Assembly: GCF_000315625.1 (NCBI RefSeq)
Contig: NW_005434671.1
Location: forward strand, 572,130-636,129
Origin: Guillardia theta CCMP2712
Taxonomy: Eukaryota; Protista; Cryptophyta
DNA: 64,000 bases
Direction of reading: 5' to 3'
Below the pieces are notes generated by a model, which saw only the letters and a program-made list of their open reading frames with translations, was not told the DNA's origin and ran no database searches. The position numbers were made by a program, and so were the translations under genes. Of this stretch, positions 37,013 to 53,800 are shown in pieces. The number at the start of each line of letters is the position of its first letter. Position 1 is the stretch's first letter.

Positions 37013-40011
37013 ATGGGCGGGGAGACGTCGCGTCCCGTGCGGTTCAACCGAGTATGCGCGGAGGAGGTGGAGGGAAGCGACCCCTACTGGGCGACCCTCC
37101 TGCAACACCCACCCGCTTCCTTCGCCGCCATCCCCTTCGATTCTATCCGAACAGCGCTCAAGGACCGCCCCCGCAACCTCGCGCTCCTGTCTCGTCATGC
37201 GGTAGCGAAGCTTCGCAAGGCTGCGGCTTCCACCAAGTCCTTCACTCCTATGGAGCAAGAAGCTGTCTTGGGAGCAGCTGCTGTGCTTTCTCGTCTCTTG
37301 CCGGTGCTCTTTGAACAGGAACACGAGCACAAGTTCGTGGAGAATGTTTTCTGGTACGGCAAGTTGCCTCCCTCGTCCAAAGCAGGGACCGCGGAACAAG
37401 ACGAGCAAGATGCCTTGGCACTTCCACTGCTCGAATCTTGCATCGCACTTCTGTTCAAACCTGGATTCACGTGCTCCTCTGTCGAAGAGAAGACCACTGG
37501 TTGGTATGGAAGCTTGGCAAAGTCTACGACTTCAGGGCGATCCAGGCAGTTTGATCAGGCACGCACAGAAATGCTGCGACTTCTCCTCGTGTGCTGCTCC
37601 AGGATCCTGTTCATTACTCCTGAGGAGTATCGCAAGAGTGAAAATCCGTTCCTGTCGTACCTTTCTACTCGTCCCAAAGAGGAAGCGAGTGCTCTTTTCC
37701 GATCGCTCACCGCGGTGATCTTTAGTTACGATCCTGTTGGTCTAGGCATCCCATACAGCAGGTGAGTTTCAAAACTCTATCTCAGAACACCTGCAACGCT
37801 ATGTCGTTGAACGATGTCTGATGTTGTCTCTGGCATACTGCCATTGCTGCTGAGCTAACAATTTTTGCCAGTGCCGTAATGGCTGACAAGAGGGAGCCTG
37901 TGGTTGACGTGGCGGTTCAGCTATTGATTATCTTGCTCGACTATAACATTCCGTCAAATTTGGTCTGATGTTTCATGATCGCACACGTCCATCTCACCTT
38001 GAGGTGTTTCAGGGCAAGCAAGGCAACAGTGCAGGAGTCACAACGGAGAAGATGCTTGACACGGTCAAGACTGAGGCGAACGCTCCGAATACTTCTAACT
38101 GCTTCCGGTACTTGTCTTGTAGAGGTTCGATGGCGTCTTGACTCGAAGTGGCAAGGAATGCTGTGAGAGAATGGAAGGAGGAAGAGGAGTTCGAGTTTGT
38201 CTTCAACGGATTCTGCAGACTCCTCAATAACCCACACCAGGTTTTTCTTTGATAAGGAATTCGTCGGCTCATTTGTCTTAGGCAAACAGTACGATATTGC
38301 CTTCATCCATGAAACAAATCTCTTGCTTCCAAGAGGTCAGTCAAACTGAGACTGGTGATCTTGTGACGTTTCCCCACTCAGCTGCTCATTCTCTTCTGGA
38401 AGCTTATTGACGAGAATAAGAATTTTTTGAGGTGCTTGGTCGGATGTTTCAAAGTGACGTAGCTGAAAATTTTCAGCTACATTTTGCGAGCAGGAGACAT
38501 CAATGAACTTGTTGTGCCAATGTTGTACTTCATGGTTTTTGATAATCTCTTTGGGACCAGATTTTTTTAACATCTTTTTCAGTACGAGGGACGGAAAGAC
38601 CCTTCAAAAATTGGTGAGATATGAACCTGAAGAAGATCGATGCATGGTGTTGATAGTGCCGGCAGGTCTCATCCACATTTGTACTTTCATTCTCCTGCTT
38701 CTATCGGGCGAGAGGAATTTTTGCGTCAATTTGAATGCATCCTTCCACAAGAAGCTGCCTGTAATCAGTGATCTTTTCAAAGATGATTGTCTTTGATGGA
38801 AATCGTGTAGGTTGACCTGCCGCCATTCACTGGCAACCACGCTGACTTACTCTACATCGTGATTCACAAGCTGATGACGGATGGTGATTTCATAAAACAT
38901 TTCTCCACTGCAGTAACAGTTGATGTCTTTCACAGGACCACACAAGCTTGACACGCTATATGACTGCTTCCTCACGACTATGAGCAATGTTTCCCCTTAC
39001 ATTAAGGTTCCCAGACTTGACTGCCTTCTGCATCACTTGACCCACCCAACATATTCCTTCCCCTCCATATCAGGGAGCAGATTTAACTCATGTGCCAGAC
39101 TTTCTGTATGCCAGCAGCGCTTCGTGCAACCAACTTATTCGAGATGTTCTCAAAGAAGAGTAAGCTGCTTTCCAACGAGCAGTATCCCAGGTCAGTCAGC
39201 TTGTATCTATGTACAAAGTCCTGCTCAGAGTTGGAACAGGTACCTGGTGTTTACACTGGAAGTGTTCAACAATGTCATACAATATCAATACGAGGGGAAC
39301 CCACATTTTATCTATCAGATCCTCAGACGCAAGAAAGTCTTCGCTGAGTTGTCTGAGATCATGGAAGGGACAGGAATTGACGAGATCTTGAACAAGGAGG
39401 CTCCACAGGCGCAGGTAGATCTTGATGGTGAAAGGACGGGATTTCTTACACTGCAATGTAGGAGGGAGAACCTCCGAGGTTCAAACCAACGGCTGAGTGG
39501 GTGCGATCATGGGCGACAGACCTTCCGGTCCAACCTTGCCTGCGATTGATGCAACACCTTCTGCCCCAGCTGGAGCAGTTCTGTATGACGGGCAACGTCA
39601 ACGACGAAGGCATCGTCGTAGATTTTCTCAAGGTCCTCCGTCAATCGCCTGTGTGAAACTCACCTGTCGTCTCAGACGACCACAATGGTGGGGCTCCTCC
39701 CTGTCCCTCATCCAATCCTCATCCGGAAGTACCAGCAAAACGATTTCACCAGGTGACTTTCAGCATTCGATGGTGAGGGCTTGGCTGATCCAACTTTCAA
39801 GTCTGTGGTTCACGACCTACATCTGGGGTGTAATCTATCTCCGCAATCAGTACGCCCCGTACACTTCTGCGTCTCCTGCACTAACGGACGTACCAGGCAA
39901 CCCCAGCTGTTTGACGCGAGCTACATCCGTCTCTTCACCATCAGGTACTCGTGGCTCTGTGGGTGTCCGGCCCGGGCTCTGACGCGTCTCATCAGCTACG
40001 TGGACGCCTGA
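37013..40011 (+). CDS. HID1: HID1 (Dymeclin/HID1 family) Golgi protein
   Basis: MG start (myristoylation-type), 'YDPVGLGIPY', 'FEFVFNGFCRLLNNP', 'GLIHICTFILLLLSGERNFCVNLN', 'IQYQYEGNPHFIYQILRRKKVF', 'LWFTTYIWGVIYLRN', 'IRLFTI'; many short introns. Confidence 0.92.
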
Positions 40012-40229
40012 GGCCTCCGATGGGTCCCTAGTAGTATCATGATGATTGAATAAAAAAGACTAAGAAGGTCCGATGAGCCCGCCTCAGACTCTACAAAACC
40101 CAGCCCGCCTCAGAAAGTTTTTCGTTTTTTTTCTCTCTCTCTTTCTTTTTCTCTTTTTTTGTGTCCTTTCGCTCATCTCCTTGCCATGGGTTCAGACATG
40201 GCGAAGTGCGTCATGAACATGCAGGAGGC

Positions 40230-45932
<5,703 letters not shown>

Positions 45933-45991
45933 CTGAGGCTGGGCGATCTAGTGTACATACAACAAGTGAAGCTGAACTCGCTCAAGCAAGG

Positions 45992-46989
45992 TCAAGCCTG
46001 GTCCTCCACCGCAGTCATCCATCCCTTCTTGAACGCCTTGGGTACGTCGGACGAGGAGGGATGGTCGTAGACAGGAGGAGGTCTGAGGGTCTCGATGGCC
46101 ATCAGGAGGTCTACCTCACTGATCGCGCGCTGAGTGCGAGGAGTGACGAGGTGGCTGAGAATATCTTCCGTCACTGCCATCTGAACGCCTCCTCCTCTCT
46201 CCCGTCCCCTCTCCCGGCTCGTCTTTGCTGCATGCCATACACCCTTGTGCTGACCCGAGCCCTGCGAGGAAAGCTACGTCAAACTAACGATTCCTAAGAC
46301 CTCTTGTTGCACCTCGTCGATGGACGGGGAAGAAGAGGAGGGGGCAGAAGCTTGGTTGTGCGAGCTGCCTTGTGCCTTGAGTCTCTCAATTATCCTGTCT
46401 TTCTCTCGCAAGCTCTTCTCCATCCACCTCGTCCTCTCGGCTAGAAGATTCTTGCGGTAAAACATTAGATCCTCACCCTCAGTGAGAGCACTCGCCACCT
46501 TCTCGTCCTCAAGTCGCGCAACCTTGTTGGTGAGGTCTTCTTTGTCTCTCTGCAGTCTTCTGATCGTGTCAGCGTGTCTTTCTGCTGGTCGGAGAGACGA
46601 GCTCCCGTTCTCAATCGCCTCGTCCTGCCCTCCACTTTTTATGACGCCAGTCTCCAGCGCTCGGCATGCGATGGCGCGGAGGCTGAAGAGAAGCCAATGA
46701 GTCAGCATGAATCGACATCATCACAACAGCAAGAGGCTGGTTCTCACTCTTCGATGTAGAGGAGCTGACGCTGCTCGCGCAATCTCATGCGGTGCACCAA
46801 TGCGCGGAGTTCTGCCATGTCCAGGCCCTCCGTCTCTTTCTGGGCTCTGCTGCCTTCGCAGGCTTCTAGATCAGCGCGGGGGGTGGGAGGGAGAGGTGGT
46901 ATGAAGTGAGAGACGTGCGAAGAGGGGGAGGAGGGAGCAGGGGGCGGGGAGGAGGCGGGGGGAGCCGCTAACGATCGTCCTTGCGCCAT
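45992..46989 (-). CDS. Small coiled-coil hypothetical protein, multi-exon
   Basis: Exons 'MAQGRSL..LRALVHRMRLREQRQLLYIEE', 'IRRLQRDKEDLTNKVARLEDEK', 'MAVTEDILSHL..WMTAVEDQA'. Confidence 0.6.
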
Positions 46990-47029
46990 GTCGTATCAAA
47001 TAGGATGACAAGCGGAGGGTTGTAACCCG

Positions 47030-47415
47030 GTAACCCGGGTAGGGTGGTACAGTAGATATGGAAGGGGTAGGGGGTAGGGTCTTGATGGTACCTGGTGGCG
47101 GTCAAAAGATGGGAACAGGTGGGGTAGGGTCATAGTGGGGACGTGCAATGTTGAGCCACTGAGTTGTCGGTACCCCCCCCATTCACTACCGTCCAGTAGG
47201 TCTCGGTACCCTACCCTTACCTTTACCCTTACCCCCTACTACCCCCACCACTACCCCTACCCTCCAAGTTTTGATTTCAATCGGTTCCGTTGGGAAGATC
47301 GAGAAAAAAAAGGCTTTTTACTTTTAACCTTTTGCCACCCCCTACCCCCACCCCCCTACCCTTTTGCCACACCCCTACCCCCACCCCCTACCCACCTTTC
47401 CGATACCCACCCCTT
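47030..47415. promoter_or_regulatory. GGGGTAGGG / CCCTACCCC tracts in a divergent promoter (candidate G-quadruplex element)
   Basis: G-tract block 47030-47140 faces C-tract block 47170-47415 between start codons at 46989(-) and 47614(+); similar tracts lie near several other 5' ends. Confidence 0.5.
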
Positions 47416-47613
47416 CCACTCACTCATAGAAGTGACTCGGCCCGGCGAGGCTGCCCGGCCCAACGGTCAAACAGGCCCGCTCAGGGTCAAAGTCAGGGAC
47501 AGCACCAGATATGTCTGAGATTTATCTATATAAGTATTGCTGCCATTATCAATAATCTTTTAAATCTCCCCTTATAAAGGCCCTAGCTACGAGCTTACCC
47601 TGCTGATATTCCC

Positions 47614-50600
47614 ATGCCGTCTTCGTCTCCTCTCCTCCTCCTCCTCCTCCTCCTCCTCCTCCTCTCCTCCTCTCACGCATTTCTCCTTCGCCCTCAACTC
47701 CTACGTGTTCGATCAATGGCTCCTCCCTCCTGTCTTCTGCCGGCCCGCCCTGCTCGAAGTTGGTATAGGGTCCCGCGTGGCAGGAGGAGGAGAGATGTGG
47801 TCATGCAGCAAGAAAGGTCAACGGTGATAGAAAGAGGTAGCAGCAGAGAAGCTGGAGACCTTCCCTCCTCTCTCTCCTCTCCTCTCTCCACGTCAGGCAA
47901 CTCAGACATGTCTGCATTCTTCAACATAGCAAAGGCCATCGTTGGCGCCGGCAGTTTTTCACTTCCATGGGTGCTGGAGAACGAGGGGTTGTTGGGAGGA
48001 ACTTTAACGATCGTTGTCTCTGCTGCTCTAGCGTCTTACACCATCACCTCTCTCATTGACAGTAAGAACATCGTCGAGCGAAACACCGACAGGTCCGGAA
48101 GCTCCTACGTGGACATCGCCAGGGAAGTTCTCGGGAAAGAGACGGCCAACTTTGTTTTCGCCATGACCGTTCTTGCCAGCATGCTTGTGTGCAGGTATGA
48201 GAGATGATAGTGCCGCAGTATCGCAATGATGAAACGATGATTCTCTGTCTCAGCTCCTACATCGCATTCGTTGGCTCGACCTTGCAGACTCTAGCAGCAC
48301 AGGAGGTTCGAGCTCTGTCATCTTCCCATGAGCCTGACAGACGTCTGGCAGGGGAGCATGCTGCACCAGATCCTTCCAGGCTTGAGCTCCAGACACCATG
48401 CCAGCAACTGACGGGAGCGCAGACTTGAGCAAGGACCAGGTGCAGGTAGCTGCGCTCGGGTTCGTTCTGCCAGTGAGTCTCGTTGAGGAGACGCTTGTCA
48501 CCGACATGAAGTTCAGGTGTCGTGGTTGAAGTCCTTCGAGTTCTTGTCCTTCACCAGCACCCTCGGTCCCTCTCCCTCTCCCTCCTCTCCTGGCTGACCT
48601 GCGGCAGGCACTCTCTCCGTCCTCGCAGCCTTGATCACTGTGCTCATCGATGGGCTGGGCCACCAGGTTCCTCGTTGCTCCTCCTCCTCCCCCTCCTCCT
48701 TCTCTTTCTTTTCTTGTCCTTTTCCTCTATTCTCAAACTGTCGCCCAGGGATCGTTGGATGCGGTCACCTCTGCCTTGTCCTCCCTCCCGCTCTGGCCAG
48801 GTCTGCCTCTGAGAGGGTCACGCTGCTACTGACGGGAGTCAAAAGACTCGTTCGAGTCCTACTTCAAGTCGCTCGGGAGCGTGTTAGTCGTCTGCTTTCT
48901 GCCCCCCGTCGCTCTGACCCTCTCCCAGCCTCTTCCTCTTCTGCGTTAACTTCCTGGTCTTCCCCATCGAGAGGGTTCGACATGCTCTTCTTCCTCCCGC
49001 TGCTCCTCCTTCCCTCCATCCCTCCTTCCCGCCATCCCTCCTTCCCGCCATCCCTCCTTCCCTCCTGCTCTCCATCCCTCCTCCTCTCCTCTCCTCCCTT
49101 CCCTGTTTCTCTCCTCTCCTTCTCCCGTCCCCTCCTCCCGCAATCTCTTGCTCTTACCTTGTGCCTCCAGTCAATGAAGAATCCTGGGAACTTTGACCGA
49201 GCTGTCAACGGAGCTGTCTGTACGTTGACATCCGTTGACTGGCACAGTCTCTCACGGGCAGCAGGGACCACTGCATCTGTCAACATCCTCTTCGCGGCCC
49301 TCGCCTTCTCCTTCTACGGGCAGGTAGACGAGAATGGCCTCCTGAGACGATTAGAGGAAGAGAGAAGGGAAGGAGAAATGAGAAGCGGGGAGAATGGGGG
49401 GAATGCGTGGTTGGGGGAGGAGAGAAGAGGAAGGAGCGAAGGGCGAAGAATCAAGGGAAGAGAGGGAGGAATGAGGTAGGCGAAGGTGAAGGGAAAGTGA
49501 AAGTGAAGGTAGAAGCAATGCGGGGGTGAAAGTGAAGGTAGAAGCAATGCGGGAGTGAAAGTGAAGGTAGGAGCAATGCGGGGGTGAAAGTGAAGGTAGA
49601 AGCAATGCGGGAGTGAAAGTGAAGGTAGGAGTAATGCGGGGGTGAAAGTGAAGGTAGAAGCAATGCGGGGGTGAAAGTGAAGGTAGAAGCAATGCGGGGG
49701 TGAAAGTGAAGGTAGAAGCAATGCGGGGGTGAAAGTGAAGGTAGAAGCAATGCGGGGGTGAAAGTGAAGGTAGAAGCAATGCGGGGGTGAAAGTGAAGGT
49801 AGGAGCAATGCGGGGGTGAAAGTGAAGGTAGAAGCAATGCGGGGGTGAAAGTGAAGGTAGAAGCAATGCGGGAGTTTCTTCTGCCTCTAAGAGGGCGGAG
49901 GGATGAGTGACAAGGGGGAGGAAGGGAGGTGGGGGAGAAGCTGAAACTGAGCAGGAGACTCAAGACATTGTTCTCAACAACCTCGGACCTGGCAACGTCC
50001 TCACAGCCGTCAAACTTCTACTGTGCGCCGACCTTCTCCTCACCTACCCGCTCGTGTTCGCTGCGGGGCGTGAGATCCTTGAGAACGCGTTTCTCAACGA
50101 TGAGGAGGAAGGGGAGGAGGGAAATAGGACGGAAGGACTACCGGTAGTGTCGGGGAAGAAAGCGCTGCTCCGAACGAGCCTTGTAGGGTTCACGTTGCTC
50201 GTGGGCAACCTGAAAGGTCTGGCTTTGTTGCTCTCCTCCTCCTCCTCCCCCCTGCCTTTCTTGCTTCATCGCCTCAGTCTCATCCTTGCATCTTCTCACT
50301 TCTCCCCAGGTTTTGGTCTCATCACTAACATAGCAGGAGGTCTAGCTCAAGGTCTCCCTCCCTCTCCCTCCCACCCCTCTCTCCCTCTCCCTCCCTCCCT
50401 CCCTCCCTCCCTCTCTCCCTTCCTCCCTCTCCCTCTCTCCCTTCCTCCCTATCCCCCTCTCCCCCTCCCCCTCCCCCTCCCCCTCTCCCTCTCCCTCTTC
50501 CTCCCTCTCTCTCCGTCTCTCTCCCTCTTCTTCTCCTTTTCCTCTTCTGCGCCTCCTCACAGCATCCTCAGGGTCTCTCGCCTTCATCATTCCACCGGCC

Positions 50601-50765
50601 CTTCAGCTCCAGCTGAAGCCCAGCACCAGAATCTCCCAGCTGATGGTGGGGAGAGGAGGAAGGGGAAGGAGGGAAGGGGATGACAAGCCGCAGGCTTCAG
50701 CTCTCATCCTGCTGGGCTTGTTGAGTTCAGGGCTCACAACCTACGAGGCGATCGTCTCCTCTTAG
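47614..50765 (+). CDS. Aa_trans (SLC36/38-like) amino-acid transporter with bipartite plastid presequence
   Basis: 'AFFNIAKAIVGAGSFSLPW', 'SMKNPGNF', 'TQDIVLNNLG..VKLLLCADLLLTYPLVFAAGREILE', 'LAFIIPPAL'; leader poly-L + SHA|FLLRP. Confidence 0.9.
49498..49874. repeat. Intronic 29-bp minisatellite, 13 copies
   Basis: Unit TGAAAGTGAAGGTAGAAGCAATGCGGGGG, head to tail, with a few A/G and C/T variants. Confidence 0.96.
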
Positions 50766-50865
50766 CGCCTTCAGGGAATCGAATGAACCGACGGCTACAA
50801 ACGTCTGCGTGTAGCAGGACGAGGAAGAGCACCAGCAGCACGAGGAGGAGGAGGAGGAGGAGGAT

Positions 50866-53800
50866 CTAGAACAGTTTTCCTCTGCTCAACTTGGACCAGG
50901 GAGAGGACATTTTGACTCGCACGTTCTCCAGCCGTCTACTTCCTCGTCAGCTTCCTCGTCAGCTTCGCCTCCTTCCGCCCTCACCTCCGCTCCTCAGCGT
51001 TGAACTCAAGCACAGAGTAGAAGACCGGGATAAGCCCCTCGTGATCCTTCCAAGAGTCAGCCTCCATCTTCGCTCTCCTCTCCCTCTCTCTCCTCTTCTC
51101 TCCCTCTTTGCATCACCTGCGTCTCCACGTATTTGATGAGGACATTCTTTAGATATTCAATGTTGATCCCTTCCCTGCCACATTGTGAGTCCCTTGCTCT
51201 CCGCTCCTCCCATCCCCTCCGCTTCTCTCGACCTCCCTCCTTCTCTGCCCCTCGTACCTGAACTTGGACTCGAACTTCTCCACACGGTGCAAAGTCGCAG
51301 CCTGTCAGAAGCTGAGGAAGGATGAGGGAGGGGGGGTAGCAGCAGCAGCAAACAGCAGCAGCAGGTGCGAGGTACCTCCTTCCTCAGGATCTCGTTCTGC
51401 TCTCTCAGCTGCCACAAGGTGACCAGAAGCAAAGAAATTGCAAGAAACGAAGAGGAAGGAGAGGGACAGAGGAAGGAGAGCGAGAAGTTACATGGTCCCT
51501 CTCCTTGCACAAGAGATCCTGCCACTCGGTCAGCCCAACGTCTTTCCCAACCTCCTCACCTGCACTCGACGGCTCTCAGCAACATTCTCCTTCAACATTG
51601 AGATCTGCAACCAGAATTCAATAAATCTCTCTGTTCCTCCTCCTCCTCCTCCTCCTGTTCCTCCTGCTTCTCCCCCTCCCCCTTCCCCTCCCCCTCCTCC
51701 ACAATTATCACCACCACATCATCTACTTCCTCCTTCGTCACCCTTTCAACCTTTCCCCTCCTTCCTCCTTCTCCTCTCACCCTCTCGTTCAGCTTGGTCA
51801 CGTACTCGTCTCGCTTCGCCTGCACCTGACCAGCCGTCACTTCTCGCCCTCCTCCCTCACGACTCACCAGCGCCATCTCTAAGATCTGCTCCTCCTGCGA
51901 CGTGGCGCTGCGAGGAAACATTTCTCTTCCTCCCTCCTCTCCTTCCCGCAGGATCTCTGACGTTCTCCTCTTATACTTGTTTTCATCTTCCACCTCGTCA
52001 GGCTCCATCGCAGCCTCCCCGCGGCCTCACCGAGCGAGAGCGGCGGCAGCATCGCAGCCTCTTCTTCCGTCAGCTCCTCTGCTCCCAACCAGTCAGCCCG
52101 TCCTTGCGCCCCACCCCAGCTGACCTCGAGGAGCCTCTGACTGATTGCGGTTCAATGCAATATCCCTTCTCCCCTGCTCCTCCTCCTCCTTCTCTTGGTC
52201 CCACCCGCTTCCTCCTGCCTCCTCCTCCCTCTCCGTCTTCTCTTCCCCTTCTGGCAGCTCTTCTTGCGCGGGCCCTCGCACCGGGCTAGCATCATCCGGC
52301 AACCCTTGCTCTCCCTTCCCCTGTAGCCTCCCTCGCAGCTTGGAGATCATCGCGTCCTCCTCAGACGTCAGGGGCTGCAGCAGGGAACCCAACCCTCACC
52401 TTCTCCATCAACATCTCACGCGCTTTCTGCTTGTGCAACTCGAACTCCTGCTGCATCTGCGTCCTGCCCGAGAGTATAATCATGCTCCTCTCTTGCCCTT
52501 GTTCTTCCTCCTCTCCTCTCACTTCTCTTCTTCCGCTTGCTTGAGCAGAGACGATTTCTCAATCTTGAAATCCATCTGACGGGAGTCAGAGGAGCAACAG
52601 CAAGACAGCAGCGTCACTTGGATGCGAGCCAGCTGCTCAGACAGGTCCTCCTCCTCCGCCGCCTCCGCCTCTTTCCGCTCCTGGACGGGCAATCTTCTCT
52701 TCCAAACCTCCACCTCCTCCTCCAGCTCCTTCATCTTCGACTCTAGAGTCGAGCCGTTGGCCTTCGCCTCTCCCAGCTCTCTTTCCAGCTGCTTTACAGC
52801 AAGTTCCAGTCGCTCAGAGTTCTCGCTCCCGAGCTTCACCTGCTCGGCTTCACTTTGACAAGGCACCTCGACCGTCACCTGCTGGCTCAGAGTCTGCTTC
52901 TCCTTCCTCAAACTCTCCAACTCGTTCCTCAGTCGCTCCTCCTACCCTCACATCAGAATCTCCTCCTCCTCATCGCATCGCACCTCCGTCAGCCTTCGCT
53001 TCTCCTCCTCCTCGTCCCTCAGAGCATTCGGCCGCTGACGCAAGACTATCCGGATACTGTCAACTCCTCTCCACCTCCCCGTCTCCCTTCCTCTTCCTCT
53101 TCCTCTTCCTCTTCCTCTTCCTCTTCACACCCGTGTGTGCTTTGATCTTGTACTGCCGGAACTCTTCCTGCAGGGACTCCAGCTGCTTCTCTTTGGCCTT
53201 TGCGCCTGCATAAGCTGGCGAAGGACAAGCAAGCGAGGGCAGCAACAGCAGCTGAAGGAAGAGGAGGGAGGAGGGGAGGAGACGACTTGCTTCACCTTAT
53301 ACTTGAGCGTCAGCTCTTCGAATTTGCTTTCTTGGCTTCCCACGTCCTCCAGCACGATGGGCACAAGCGGCTCAGCCAGTGGGTCTCTCGTCCCCTCCCC
53401 TCCCTCCTCGAGCGCCTGGCGGATCGAACTCTCCGTGACCCTGCCATCCTCAATGAGGCCTCGCCCTCCTCCTCCTCTGCTCCCACCAGCGCAAGTCCCT
53501 CGCGCTGTCCTCTAGCAGTGCCCAAGCAACTCCGTTGGACCAGATGCGCCGCAGGACCCTGAAAGGAGCTGAGAGATGAAGCGAGGAAGGCACGAGAAGA
53601 ATCGGAACAGGCAGAGGAGAAGTACGGCAAGGGGGGGGCAGGAGGGAACGAGGAAGATGGGACAGAGGCAGAGCATGAGAAACATCAGACGTAGCTGAGG
53701 AGCAGGCAGGGGACGAAGAGGACCGTGAGGTGGCGAGGTCGGGCAGGGCTGCTGCTTGTTTCTTGTTCTGCTCTTCGAGCTGCTGGAGGCTGGCGAGGAG

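Noticed and set aside
49498-49874. 29-bp repeat array as CRISPR
   Set aside because: Units are contiguous with no spacers, there are no cas genes, and it lies in a eukaryotic intron.
49314-49963. Minus-strand ORFs of 164-171 aa
   Set aside because: They are translations of the minisatellite, open in all three frames.
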